DNA of 35,261 nt. Origin: Octopus bimaculoides. Lineage: Eukaryota. The notes under the pieces were generated by a model, which saw only the letters and a list, made by a program, of their open reading frames with translations, was not told where the DNA came from and searched no databases. The translations under genes were made by a program, and so were the position numbers. The stretch covers positions 91,244,618 to 91,279,878 of the forward strand of contig NC_068983.1 of assembly GCF_001194135.2 (NCBI RefSeq). The letters run 5' to 3'. Shown here one piece after another: positions 21,367-33,569 of the stretch (the first letter of the stretch is position 1; each line of letters starts with the position of its first letter).

Positions 21367-23175
21367 CTACTTTTCTGTGCAACGTTTTATGTATATATGT
21401 ATATGCATATTTAAATAATTAGTGAATAAAGATATCTTTTCTCCTTTATTCTGGCTGAAGACAGACAGCGGAATTCCACTGGCAGAGTTACCACCCTTGT
21501 GCCCAACCATCCACCAAAAGCACATTAGTATTTTGTTGTTACTACTGAAAGGCAATTTCTTGTTCTCCTTGATCACTTGTAGGAAGCTCTCCTTCTCCAG
21601 GGACCAACAATAATCTCTCATCATATTAGGGTTGAAATTACCTTGGTATCTATTTTCCATAACTGAGATCTGTTGGTGGAAGTACTTACCATGCTCATCA
21701 CTCACAGCCCCAAGGTTGGCCAGGAAGAAGTCAAGATGAGAATGTAAAAAATGCATTTTCAAAGACATTCTGCATCCCATATTTTCATAGGATTTAAGCA
21801 TATTTTCTACGAGTTCACAGTGGTTTGTGGCTTTGTGGTTTCCAAGAAAATTTTTAACAGCTTCAACAAAAGATGTCCATGCTCCTAGTTCATTCTCATT
21901 TATATTAGATGGAACCAATGAGTCATAGATGACACTGCAGATCTGTGGTCCAGTGAAAACTCCAGCTTCTAGCTTAGCGTCTGTCAATATTCCTTTGAAT
22001 TTATCCTTTAAATATTAGAAACCACTACCTTGATGATCCATACCCATCACAAAATTTTTCATAAATCCAGGTTTAATGTGAAGTGGTGGAAGATGTACTT
22101 TCTGAGGGTCAATGAGTGCTGAGTGTTTCACATTGTGTTTACCAACATGTTCAGTTCTAGGTTGCCGGTCATGTTTTTTGCACTGGTTCTTGTTGTCACT
22201 GCAGTCACATAGACACAAAAAGCACCTATGTTTTGTGTAGCTCAACTGTAATCCAAGAAGTAATGACACAACTTTAGAGTCCCCACAAATATTTGGTCCT
22301 TATATTTGATGGGTCTTAGAGCAGTTCCATTGATTCATAAGTTTCATTAAGGCCAGTGGCATGTGCTACAGTATTGAAGGTTTTTCATTGTCATTGTGAA
22401 AGTATTATAGCTTTAAGGTTAGTTACAGCTAGAGTTAATGAACAGTCGCCATTCTTTAGGATCATAGTGAAAGCCAATCCTTTCCATCAGGTCACTGATA
22501 TCATGGCAGAAACAAACGTTTTCCTCCTGTAAGTAAAATTATAAAAACTGCAAATGGTGATGCAGAAATGGGAAACTTTGGCTGGAGAAAATTCCATTCT
22601 TGAAGTCTGGAACTAAGCAACTCTGCTTTTCCTTTTGGTAATTCCAAATCATGCACTAAGTCATCTAACTTCACTTGGCTTAACAAATGTGGGAAAATAG
22701 TTGCATCTGGAAAGTATATGCCATTTTCCCCTATTTCTATATCACTAGCAGAATCTTCAGATGAACTGCTGACTGTTGTCACTGGTGGTGGATTTGTTTC
22801 ATCATGTGGTACTGGTTTTATTGCTGATTCACAGTTTGGGTATATGATTTTTGATTTGATTTTCTTTGTGAAACCAGCAATCTTGGCCCAACAAAAATAA
22901 CAATCATTGAAGTGATCTTCCAGCCCACACCAAACTATGGGGACTGAGAACAGCATAGCTTTTCTTTTACCATTCATCCAAGCTATTAACATTGAATTGT
23001 GCACAGCAAATATGTGGTGTCTAGTCATGCTTTTGCTCTCCTAACTCCCAGTCAAAATAATACTTGTAGGCAAGCTTAATCTTTGTTGTTATGTCTTTAC
23101 ATTGTGTCTTGAGTGTATATTGTCCTTAGATACAGCGAAAGTTATCTGGTTGATTTACACAGCATGTCTATTTGA
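21367..23175 (-). mobile_element. Degenerate DNA-transposon transposase, probably CMC/Chapaev3-like
   Basis: N-terminal CVNQPDNF..I.GQYTLK...KLAYKYYFDWELGEQK...PHICC; PIVW....DHFNDCYFC; LGLQLSYTKHRCFLCL.D; LPPLHIKPGFMKNFV; AKLEAGVFTGPQI...LGCRMSLKMHFLHSHLDFF..NLGAVSDEHG..FHQ...MENRYQG...DYCW. The family name is from recall; TIRs were not resolved. Confidence 0.7.
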
Positions 23176-23519
23176 TTACATTTTAATTAACATACAATAT
23201 CTGAAAAAAAAAACAGTAAGTAATAATTATGATGTACAAAATAAAAAGAAATATACACCATAGTACAAAACAAATGCTGTAAAAACACAAGTTACCACAG
23301 ACTGTTACTTGCTTACCAGCAGAGAGTTTCAACAACCACTCTATTTGACTGTCACATAGTGACTGACTGTTGATCTGTTACTATGCTCTTGATTCAGTGT
23401 TGCCAACTCGAGATAAATTTTATTGATCAAAATCATTAGAATTTGTATATAATTGGCAAACAAAAATTGCTCTAACCTTGAAAAGCAAGTTTCATATTAC
23501 TCCATTTCTTTCAATTTTT

Positions 23520-24601
23520 AAATGAATTTATTGTTTTCCAATTTAAATTTTATGTCTTGTAATGTGACTGGCAGTTCATGTATGACATTACTTAAAACAT
23601 TTTAAATTTCATTTTTCATTCACAACACAGCAATCAGTATCTTCAAATGGTTCAGCATTTTTTTAAATCAGTCTTCATAAACAATTAGCATGTCCTAATT
23701 TCTTAGTTAGTATATACTCTATCTTAAAATCATAGTATAATAATATAGTACCCCAGTGTTGCTACCTATTAGCAGTATGGGTAGGGATTCCTTTCTTCGA
23801 CCCATATAGAGATAATAGCATACAATGATCAATCTGTAACTGAAAACTTCTACCATGTAAAAATCTATGAAATTTTTTTATGGCAGTCACCGCTAGAGCC
23901 TCTTTTTTGGTTTGGCTGTAATATTTTTCTGCTGATATCAGAGAATGTGAGGCATGAACCACTGCCTTCATGTTATTATCTTTATATTTATGTAGCATTA
24001 CTGCTCTGATACCGTACTCAGAGGCATCTGAAGCTACTACAATCTCCACTGCAAGATTGAAGTGTGCTAACGTCAAATCAGATGTTAACATTTTTTCATG
24101 TCGTCGATCACCTTCTTAGAATTTTCAGACCAATTCCACTTTACATCGTTTTTTAATAAATTATTTAGTGGAATTCTTACCTTATGCATATTTGTAATAT
24201 AATTATGGTTATAATTTACCAGTCCCAAAAAAGCTTGTAAGGTCGGAAGGGGCATATTTTTAATTGCACCTGCCCTTGACAGGTCTGGTCGATGTCCATT
24301 TCTGTCAACAATTTGTCCTAAATATTTTATTTTTGGTAAGAAAAATTCACACTTTTCTTCACTGAAAGTAAAGCAGTAATTCCTAATTTTTTTTTATACA
24401 TATTTTACATGCTCTATGTGTTGGTCCTTGGATTTTCTTTTAATGGGTATGTCATCCAGATATGGAGCTGGGAATTCATAATCCACTTACATTGCATCCA
24501 TAATCTTTTGAAAAATCGCCAGTGCAACTTTTAAGCCAAATGGTAACTTGTTGTATCTATACAGTCCTTTACGTGTGTTAACTGTTAAGTATTTAGAGCA
24601 C
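23520..24601 (-). mobile_element. Gypsy element 2, RT-RNase H fragment
   Basis: ORF 23762-24091 LAHFN...IVVASDASEYGIRAVMLH...YSQTKKEALAV..AIKKFHRFLHGRSF...DH is the RNase H. RT remnants ECSKYLTVNTRKGLYRYNKLPFGLK lie up to the RTE junction. Confidence 0.88.
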
Positions 24602-27223
24602 TCATCATCATCATCATCATCATCATTATCATCATCGTTTAACGTCCGCTTTCCATGCTAGCATGGGTTGGATGATTTGACTGAAGACTGGTGAAACCAG
24701 ATGGCTACACCAGGCTCCAATCTGATTTGGCAGAGATTCTACAGCTGGATGCCCTTCCTAATGCCAACCACTCTGAGAGTGTAGTGGGTGCTTTCATGTG
24801 CCACCGGCATGAATGCCAGTCAGGTGATACTGGCAATGGCCATGCTCAAAATGGTGTATTTTATGTGCTACCCACACAAGAGCCAGTCCAGGGACACTGG
24901 CAACGATCTCGCTCGAAAGTCCTTACACATGCCACGGACACAAGTGCCAAAAAGACGACGCTGGGCACAGGTGCCATCACAATTTCGCTTTTGCTTGCCT
25001 CAGTAAGTCTTTGCAAGCTAAGTTTTGTGTCCAACGAAGGAGATGACGTTGGCACGGGTGCTAGTCGTCGAATTTAGCTCGATTTCGATTTCACTTACCT
25101 CATCAGGTCTTCGCAAGCGGAGTTTAGTGTCCAATGAAGGAAAGGTATGTATAAGTGGGCTGGCTACACCCCTGGAAGAGGCCTTGGATTTAGGTCTCAC
25201 TTGGCTTGCCGGGTCTTCTCACACACATCATATTTCCAGAGGTCTCAATCAGAAGTCATCGCCTCGGTGAGGCCCAATGTTCACCACCTCATCCCAGGTC
25301 TTCCTGGGCCTACCTCTTCCACGGGTTCCCTCAACTGCTAGGGTGTGGCACTTTTTCACGCAGCTATCCTTGTCCATTCTCGCCACATGTCCATACCAGC
25401 GCAATCGTCTCTTTTGCACACCACAAATGATGCTTCTTATGTTCAACTTTTCTCTCAGGATACTTACACTCTGTTGGGTATGCACACTGACATTACTCAT
25501 CCATCAGAGCATACTGGCTTCATTCTTTGCAAGCTTATGCATGTCCTCAGCAGTCACGGCCCATGTTTCACTGCTATGTAGCATGGCTGTTCGTACACAT
25601 GCGTCATACAGTCTGCCTTTTTCTCTGAGTGAGAGTCCCTTTGTCGCCAGCAGAAGTAAGAGCTCTCTGAACTTTGCCCAGGCTATTCTTATTCTAGCAG
25701 CTACACTTTCAGCACACCCACCCCCACTACTAACTTGGTCACCCAGATAGCGGAGGCTATCAACTACCTCTAGTTTTTCTCCCTGGAATGAGACAGAAGT
25801 TGTTTCCTGTTTGTTTACAGTGTTTATTGCACCTGAACATCTGCCACATACAAAAACTAACTTCCTAGTTAACCTGCCTTTGATATTGCTGCACCTCTTA
25901 TGTGTCCATAGCTTGCACTGGGTACATCTTATAGAGTTACTACCTACACATTTTCTACATAGCTAGCAGGGCCATCTACCTGAAGGGGTTTGTGTTTTTT
26001 CTACCTTCCTACTTATTAGGATTTTGGTTTTAGCTAGGTTGACTCTAAGGCCCTTCGATTCTAGTCCCTACTTCCACAACTGAAACTTCTCTAGTTCTGA
26101 TAGTGACTCAGCAATTAGTGCTAGGTCATCAGCATAGAGGAGCTCCCAGGGGCATCCTGTCTTGAATTCCTCTGTTATCGCCTGGAGGACTATGATAAAT
26201 AGGAGGGGGCAGAGGACAGAACCTTGGTGGACCCCTACCTCTACCCGGAATTCATCACTGTTCTCATTTACAACTCTCACCTTACTGGCAGCATCTCTGT
26301 ACATGGCTTGCACAGCTCTCACTAACCATTCTTCTATCCCAAGTTTCCTCATTGACCACCAGATAAGTGATCGGGGGACCCTGTCAAAGGCCAGGTACAG
26401 AGGTTTATCCTTAGCTAGGTATTTCTCCTGCAGCTGTCTTACCAGAAATATAGCATCAGTGGTGCTTTTCCCTGGCACGAACCCAAACTGCATCTCATCT
26501 GAACTGATTCGCTCCCTAATTAGTTGGGCTATGACCCTCTCTGTGACTTTCATTACCTGATCTAACAGCATGATACCTCTGTAATTATTTGTATCTAAAG
26601 CATCACCTTTACTTTTGTAGCAGTTGACTATGGTGCTGCTACATCAGTGATTGTGTATGACTCCTTCATGTATCACCTGGTTCACAATATGGGTGACTAG
26701 GCTATAGCCGACACTGCCAGATATTTGGAGCATCTCTGCAGTGATTGCTGATGAGCCGGGGGCTTTCCCTGTCTTCATACTCTTAATTGCTTTATCTACC
26801 ATGGTACTGTCAACTTGGATAGCTGGTCCCTCTGTTGGGTCGACATACGGCAGACTCTCTCCCATTCATTCTCTTGAGCAATCTATCATAGTGGCATCTC
26901 CAGACCTCTTTCTTTGCAGCCTCATTTAGTGCAAGCGTACGATCATCCATGCGAACACATTTCTCCCCTATGACATCACTATTCTGTCTCCTACACTGTC
27001 TTGCAACACGAAATACCTCAAGTCTTTGGTCCTCACGGCGCAGAACAATGGCATGACGTCCAACATGACCATTGAAGTCACCAGTCTCAAAGAGAAGGTC
27101 CCTGTCATTCGTCGATGAGGTAGTTTGCAAGAGGGTGTCATAGAATTGGTCTTTCAGCCCATCCGGTAGCCCTGGTCTAGGGGCATAGGCTGAGATGATG
27201 GTAGCTAACTTATGATGAAGCAC
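24602..27223 (-). mobile_element. RTE-clade LINE copy 2 (5'-truncated, internal deletions) inserted in Gypsy 2
   Basis: (CAT)n tail at 24602-24637. 3' UTR homologous to 9732-10282. RT with QFGFVPGKSTTDAIFLVRQLQEKY, GVHQGSVL and LLYADDL. APE fragment ISAYAP...GDFNGHVG. Confidence 0.92.
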
Positions 27224-28318
27224 TAAAATATCTTGCTATCGTTTAATTTCACAAATATGTCCTCTGGAGTAGGTTGCAGATAGTGGAAATTTTAAGACAT
27301 TTGTTTAAACCAGTAGAAAAATCAGCACACTCTTTGATTTTATTATTCTTTTTCTTAATGTACAGTTTGTGGTGTCCATTGGCTATATTCCACTTTTTGA
27401 ATAACTCCAATTTTTTCTTGTCTCTCAAACTCTAAGTTTATCTGTTGTAACACTGCGAGACGTACAAATCGTTTTGGTTTAAATACTGAGCATTTTCTTT
27501 TACTTGAAACTTCACCTTTGTTTTGGCATATATAAAACTAATTCATCTGACAGAACTTCAGGAAAAATCTTTTTTAATTCATTTTTTAATTCCTCTGACA
27601 GCTTATTTGTTCTGGTGGAAAAACCAATCACATTTTTACAGAAAAGAACTATGGGGAGGTCCTATAAGTTGAATAATTTCATCCAGTCTGTTCCAAATAA
27701 ATTTGTTGCATTATTCAATACAAAAACTTTGGCTTTTAAGGCTTTTCCACAAAATGTAATATCACTTAACATTTCTCCCTTAAAATGTAATTTTTTTTCT
27801 GAAACACTATGTGCAGTTACTTTTAACAGGCAGTTACTTTTAAAATGTAGACCATAATCCATTATTTTCAGTATTTTCAGACATCTTCAACATTAATTCC
27901 GCCAACTGTTGGTTTTGTTGTCGTTGTAGTTGTTGCTGTTGTAGTTGCAGTTGTAACTGCTGTTGTTGCTATTGTAATAGTTGTTGTTGCTGCTGTTGCT
28001 TTTACAACTACACCACAGAGGCTAATAAGTTTTCCATGTTAAAACAAATTTTTGTTTGGTTTTGTACCAAAATAATTCTAAACGTCCAATGCAAGCTTTG
28101 AACAACTCACCACCACTTTTATATCCTAGTATGGGATAAATAATTCAATGAAGCAGTATTTACATGATGCACTACAATTATTATTACACAAGGTTAAATG
28201 CTTTCTGCCAATGGCTCACAGTGAACTGCCTACCCCAATTGCTGACGGTTCTTTATGTTATAGCAATGTGTTGTTCCACTTTTAGTCATATGAAGGTGGT
28301 TGGAATACTTCCAGAACA
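27224..28318 (-). mobile_element. Gypsy element 2, RT start, protease, Gln-rich gag start and possible 5' LTR
   Basis: KIRVCADFSTGLNKCL...TPEDIFVKLN; AKVFVLNNATNLFGTDWMKLFNL; polyQ gag start at ~27900-28040. TGTTCTGG at 28318 (minus) may start an LTR, but no partner LTR was found. Confidence 0.75.
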
Positions 28319-28323
28319 ATAGT

Positions 28324-28625
28324 GAAGGCATGTGGCTAAGTGGTTTGGGTGTTCAGTTCACAATTGTAAGGTTGTAAGTTTGATGACTTGTGGTGTGGTG
28401 TGTCCTTGAGCAAGACACCTTATTTTACATTGCTCCAGTCCACTCAGCTGGTAAAAATGAGTAATACCTATATTTCAATAGGCCAGCCTTGTCTCATTCT
28501 CAGTCACACTGAATCTCCTTGAAAACTATGTTAAGGGTACATGTGTCTGTGAAGTTCTCACAGCAGGCTGTTTTGTTGATTGGATCAACTGCAACCCTTG
28601 TTGTCATAAGTGATGGAGTGCACTT
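28324..28625 (+). mobile_element. tRNA-derived SINE with conserved central domain (CORE/Meta-like)
   Basis: A-box-like GTGGCTAAGTGG; TGTCCTTGAGCAAGACACCTTATTTTACATTGCTCCAGTCCACTCAGCTGGTAAAAATGAGTA. Confidence 0.7.
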
Positions 28626-28648
28626 TATATATATATATATATATATAA

Positions 28649-28762
28649 GATGGGCTACTTTCAGTTTCCATTGACAATATCCACTCACAAAACTTTGGTT
28701 GGCTCAAGGCTATAGTAGAAGACATTTGCTCAAGATGAACTTTGTGATTGAGAAGTAAACTT
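28649..28762 (-). mobile_element. SINE fragment
   Basis: GGGCTACTTTCAGTTTCC...CCACTCACAAAACTTTGGTTGGCTCAAGGCTATAGTAGAAGACATTTGC, recognised as a common SINE body. Confidence 0.55.
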
Positions 28763-28796
28763 CTTAAATATGTGTGTATTTATATATATATATATA

Positions 28797-30046
28797 CAGG
28801 GGTTGGACAAAATAATGGAAACACCTTAAAATTTCAAACAAATTTATTTTAATATGGGGTAGGCCTGCCTTTGGCAATACTTACAGCTTGAATTTTACAA
28901 GATATGGACTTGTACAAAGTTTTAATTGTTTCCAAGGGAATTTTTGTCCATTTTTCAGTTAAAACAGTCTCCAGTTCTTGTAGTGATGATGGTGAAGGAT
29001 ATCGGCTCCTTACTTGTTTTTCTAAAATGCACCATAAATGTTCAATAATATTGAGATCTGGGGACTGCAGTGGCCAGATCAGATGTTCAACTTAACTAGA
29101 ATGTTCCTCATGCCGTTCACTAACAACTTTAGTTGTGTGAATTGGTGTATTATCATCCTGAAAGATTGCGTTTTCTTCCGGAAACAGTTCCACAACCATA
29201 GGATGAATCTGATCAGATAAAATGCTCAAATAGTCTTGACTATTAATTCTGTCTTGAAGGGAAACCATTGGGCTGGCGGCTTTCCTAGATATAGCCCTCC
29301 AGATCATCATAGGTTCTCCTCCATGTTTAACAGTTGGAAGAAGGCAGTCTGGGTCAAATGCTTCTTTTAGCTGTCTCCACATGTATACTCAGCCAGTAGT
29401 CGGAAATACGGTAAGGGATGACTTGTCCGAGAAAATAACATTCTTCCACTGCTCTAGGGACCAATTCTGTAGGCTTTGCAACATTTGTTTTTGAAAGTAG
29501 TGGTTTTCTGATTGCAGCCCTCACGTGAAATCTGGCTTTGTGCAGCTCCCAGCAAACAGTTTTTGTGGAAACTGGGTTCTCGAGGTGGTCATTAAGCACT
29601 GCAGTAATATTGGGAGCTGTACTTTTGTGATCCTTTCTAACAATTTGCATAAGAGTCCGACAGTCCCTATCTGAAAGTTTTGGTTTTCTTCCAGAGTTTT
29701 GTTTCGGAGAGGTTTTTTCCTCTTTCTCAAAGGCTGTCATTACTTTCAAGACAGTACTTCTTGATACACCAAACATTTTGGATGTTTTTGTTACACTATC
29801 ACCTGCCATATGAGAACAAACAATTTGACCTCTTTGAAAGTCTGATAGAGCTGTCATTTTAATGAATTTTAATTATCTTTTTCTGATGATATCTGAAAAG
29901 AAACAGCAATTTTAGCAAAACATATTAAACAACACTAATAATAAATCAAGAAACATAAAAAAAAACAAGCTTTTGATGGTTTTACAGATATTTCAAAATA
30001 ATGATGCTATGATGCTAGGTGTTTCCATTATTTTGTCCAACTCCAG
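28797..30046 (-). mobile_element. Tc1/mariner DNA transposon, full length (1250 bp), ~30-bp TIRs, TA target, DD36E spacing, inactivated
   Basis: Left TIR CAGGGGTTGGACAAAATAATGGAAACACCT; right TIR AGGTGTTTCCATTATTTTGTCCAACTCCAG; TA on both sides. The transposase at 29857-28849 has one frameshift and a stop. Confidence 0.93.
28849..29857 (-). pseudogene. Tc1-family transposase (HTH plus DDE), frameshifted
   Basis: MTALSDFQRGQIV...SGRKPKLSDRD...RAAIRKPLLSKTN; PTVKHGG; FQDDNTPIH...WPLQSPDLNIIEHLW. Confidence 0.9.
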
Positions 30047-30050
30047 TATG

Positions 30051-30082
<32 letters not shown>

Positions 30083-30377
30083 CACACACATATTTATACA
30101 CATGCACACACACATACACACATAGATACATTCATACAAGTGCATATATATGCACCTTTATACACAATAGATATCTACACACAAATACTAACACCCTCCT
30201 ATGCAGATATAAAAAAACAAATGTACACACTCACATACATATGCTAACCTACATGGGCATATACCAAGCCCATAACAATAATAATGAGTATATATAAGGT
30301 ATATATAAAAACATAATAATAATGATAATGATGATAATGATAAAGCGATAATAACAATAAAACAATAGTAAACATCG

Positions 30378-30432
30378 TCATCATCATCATCATTTAACAT
30401 CTGTTGTCCATGCTGACATGGGTTGGACAGTG
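30378..30432 (-). mobile_element. RTE/SINE tail fragment
   Basis: (CAT)n-TTAACATCTGTTGTCCATGCTGACATGGGTTGGAC. Confidence 0.7.
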
Positions 30433-30899
30433 TGAATGGTGAATAGAGTTGTCATAGAAACTTTAGTCTCTCTCTATCACCTTTCAACATAATTCTATAT
30501 CAAGGAACAGTAGAACAATTCAACAACATAATAAAAATAAGTTTTATTTTTGATGATGCTTGGTTCCACAATTCCTGTCATTCAGCTTAGCAGCCGCTGA
30601 TTAAGTTGTAGTTGGTATTGGAAAGTTAAGAGCTTCCTTGATGCCTGCCAGAGAAGCAAGTAGCTATCACCATTGAAGGTATCGTGGTGAAGAATGCTTC
30701 GTTGAGGAGCGAGGATTTGTCATGTAGAAGGTCTGTCGCTCAACTGACTTACAAAGTGAAACTCACTCTTTAAGTACTAGTTTTACTACGCATGCACACT
30801 CGAGGGGCTTCTGGTGGTGAAGTCCCTTGCGCATGCACAGAATAGTACTTCCTCAATGGCGGCTATAATTTCACACCACTACACCCAGTATGTTACAAG

Positions 30900-31700
30900 T
30901 CTGTAGTTCCTTCTCCTTCTTGTCAAATTTCTCAGTTGGACTAGTCTACGCTAGGGAGTATAAAGACCTTCACCAGGGAGGGTTTTGCATTTATGAGCAA
31001 CCATGTATCTCGCTGTCTGGTGAGAAGGTAGTCAATTTGGCTAGCGTGGTCACCTGGTTGATAGATAATCAGGTGGCTGTCTGGCTTCCTGAAGTTGGTG
31101 TTGCAAATTGATAGGCTATTTGCATCACAAAACTCCAGTTGCCTTGTCCTTTCTTCATTTCAAGAACCTATTCCATGGCCCCCATGTACACCATGGAAGA
31201 TACCTGGCTGCTGCCCAACATGTCTATTGGAATCATCAGTCACACAGATGAGATAATTGTCATTCGTCTTTGAGGTAGCTTGCATAAGAATATCATAAAA
31301 GCGGTCCTTTTGTTCATTTAGTAGACCTGCTTGGGAGGCATAGTCAGAGATAATTGTTGCTGTACTATTCTGCAAAACTAACCTGAGCTTCAGTACTTTA
31401 TCACACATCCTGGCAACCTCTATGACTTATCAACCAATTTCTATGCAAGAAATATGCCCACACGAACTACCTCCCACTATTACCCTCCCAGAAGAGTTTA
31501 TACTTATGTATCTTACCTGTGAGGAACATGACTGAAGCTCCCCTCCACTTACTTCTTGAATGCAACATGCATCAACATGCCTCCATTCAAGTATCTCAAC
31601 AATCTTACCAGACCTACCTGTCAATGTGCCTACAATGACAGTGCCAACTCTGAAAACTTTGAAAAGGATATGGGAAGCAGGGATGTTATTCAGCATCTGA
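30900..31700 (-). mobile_element. Old RTE LINE APE-endonuclease fragment
   Basis: FRVGTVIVGTLTGRSGKIVEILEWRHVDACCIQEV; IISDYASQ...KDRFYDIL...DDSNRHVG...HGGHGIG; NTNFRKP..HL..Y...QIDYLL. Confidence 0.78.
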
Positions 31701-31872
31701 AAAGAAGGTTTCAATGTGCATTTGATAATGGAAATGTCATAAGAATTGGTTTTGCATTAATTCATCATCATTCAATCATATTAAAAATTGTTACCTCTAT
31801 TGGGAATGAGTGTAATACAATAATTGTTAATATAAACATTATTACTGAAGATATAAACTGGTTAAAGTTTAA

Positions 31873-32062
31873 CCCTTTCGATACTAACCCAGATGAAACT
31901 GCCTCTTGCTTTGTAGTACAAATGTCTTGTTTTCATAAGTTTTGAATTAAAATCTTCCACCAAATGTTAGTCACAATTTATGTTCCTAACACCTTTTTGT
32001 TATAGTTAAAATTAATTGAAAGAAACACAGAGCATCTCAAAATAAATATGGTAACAAAAGGG
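31873..32062. mobile_element. piggyBac-type MITE
   Basis: TTAA|CCCTTTCGATAC...GTAACAAAAGGG|TTAA: TTAA target duplication with imperfect ~14-bp TIRs starting CCC. Confidence 0.75.
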
Positions 32063-32084
32063 TTAAAATAAGAGAATCTTCTGG

Positions 32085-32395
32085 TACAGAAGAGAGGCTT
32101 CCCATTCTGGTGTTGGTGTGGAGGCAGGGCCTTATAAGGAAGTACCAGTATAAGAGAGAAGGTTTTGGGGGATTTAGGTATAAGAGAAAGGAAACTTCAA
32201 GTATGAGAGTTTTCTGGTATAATAGAAATTTCTGATATAATAGAGATTTCTGGCATAAGAGAAGAAATTTCCAGTATAAGTGAGGAGATTTTCATTATAA
32301 GAGGGGAGATTTCTGGCACAAGAGAAATTTCTTTCTGGTATAAGAGAGATTTCCAGTATGAGGTTTCTGGTATAAGAGAGATTTCTAGTATAGGT
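32085..32395. repeat. Minisatellite, ~20-25-nt units (TTTCTGGTATAAGAGAGA-like)
   Basis: Repeated TTTCCAGTATAAG / TTTCTGGTATAAGAGAGAT variants. Confidence 0.85.
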
Positions 32396-32525
32396 GGTGG
32401 GGGTGGGTTTGGATGGGCACATCACAAAAAAGCAGGTAAGTCAGTCATCCAGCCTGGAGAGCCCAATCACAAAATAAGGAAACAAGGGAAAAAGGGGGTA
32501 ACTGGATTGCAAGAAAATAGCATTC

Positions 32526-32526
32526 A

Positions 32527-32611
<85 letters not shown>

Positions 32612-32614
32612 GAG
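32526..32614. repeat. (AG)n microsatellite
   Basis: Direct reading. Confidence 0.98.
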
Positions 32615-33081
32615 GGAAAGACAGACAGACGAGGCAGGCAGAAGGAAATTTTGACTGTGGAGAAATTGCAAACTAACAAAATATGAAAGTTACTGTAAAA
32701 TTAAAGCAAGCAATATGAAAGTTATTGCAAACTAACAGAGTATGGTAAGACATTGCGAATAAAATGCTACAAGAGGGAATATTGTAAAATTAAGCAAGCG
32801 ATATGAAAGTTAGTTTAAAATCAGGTTACTATTATTAGATGAATGATGTGATTAAAAGAAGAGAGATTTTCTTAGCTTAGGTGGACATTAGCAGCAAGCA
32901 GTGTGAAAATTTGGTCCCCACATGGCTGGGATGGGTTTATATATAGTTCTTCAGGCAAAAGGCGGAGGTGGGTAACTAAGAAGGCATTGCAGCAAATAGC
33001 AACTAAGACAGATAGAAAGTGGAGGACAAAATGAGGAAACAAAAAAATTGGATAACTGGATTGCAGAAAAATAGCATTCAG

Positions 33082-33084
<3 letters not shown>

Positions 33085-33149
<65 letters not shown>
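33085..33149. repeat. (AG)n microsatellite
   Basis: Direct reading. Confidence 0.98.
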
Positions 33150-33152
<3 letters not shown>

Positions 33153-33185
33153 TGGGGTAGAAAGAAAATAGCAATAATAATATTT

Positions 33186-33394
33186 TCTGTTATAGGTACA
33201 AGGCCAGCAGTTTTGGGGGTGGAGTAAGTAGAATGCATCGACCCCCAGTGTTCAACTGGTGCTTATTTTATCAATCTAAAAAGGTTATGAGGCAAAGTTG
33301 ACCTTGGCAGAATTTGAACTCAGAACATGAAAAACACTAAATGCTGCTAAGCATTGTGTCTGGCAGGCTACTCATTCTGCCAGCTTACCACCTT
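33186..33394 (-). mobile_element. tRNA-derived SINE
   Basis: GGCAAAGTTGACCTTGGCAGAATTTGAACTCAGAAC...GCTAAGCATT...TTCTGCCAGCTTACCACCT; the same family as 20938-21127. Confidence 0.82.
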
Positions 33395-33569
33395 ATAATA
33401 ATAATGATGATGATGATGATGATGATGACTTCTTTTATTTGCCACCAGACAATGAATGAGGGAGACAATGCAAAGGCAGACATAAAGCATGAGCTATTAC
33501 ATAAAATGAAATCATATTAAAGTGGTAATAATAGTAATAATAATGATGATGATGATGATGATGATGAGC

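Noticed and set aside
25085-25112. CTGATGA-GGTAAGT-GAAA on the minus strand in the RTE 3' UTR
   Set aside because: No stem II pairing, and the homologous site in RTE copy 1 (CTGTTGAGGCAAGTGAAA) is not conserved.
32174-33238. Ser-Leu repeat and Tyr/Arg-rich ORFs
   Set aside because: Translations of the (AG)n and minisatellite arrays.
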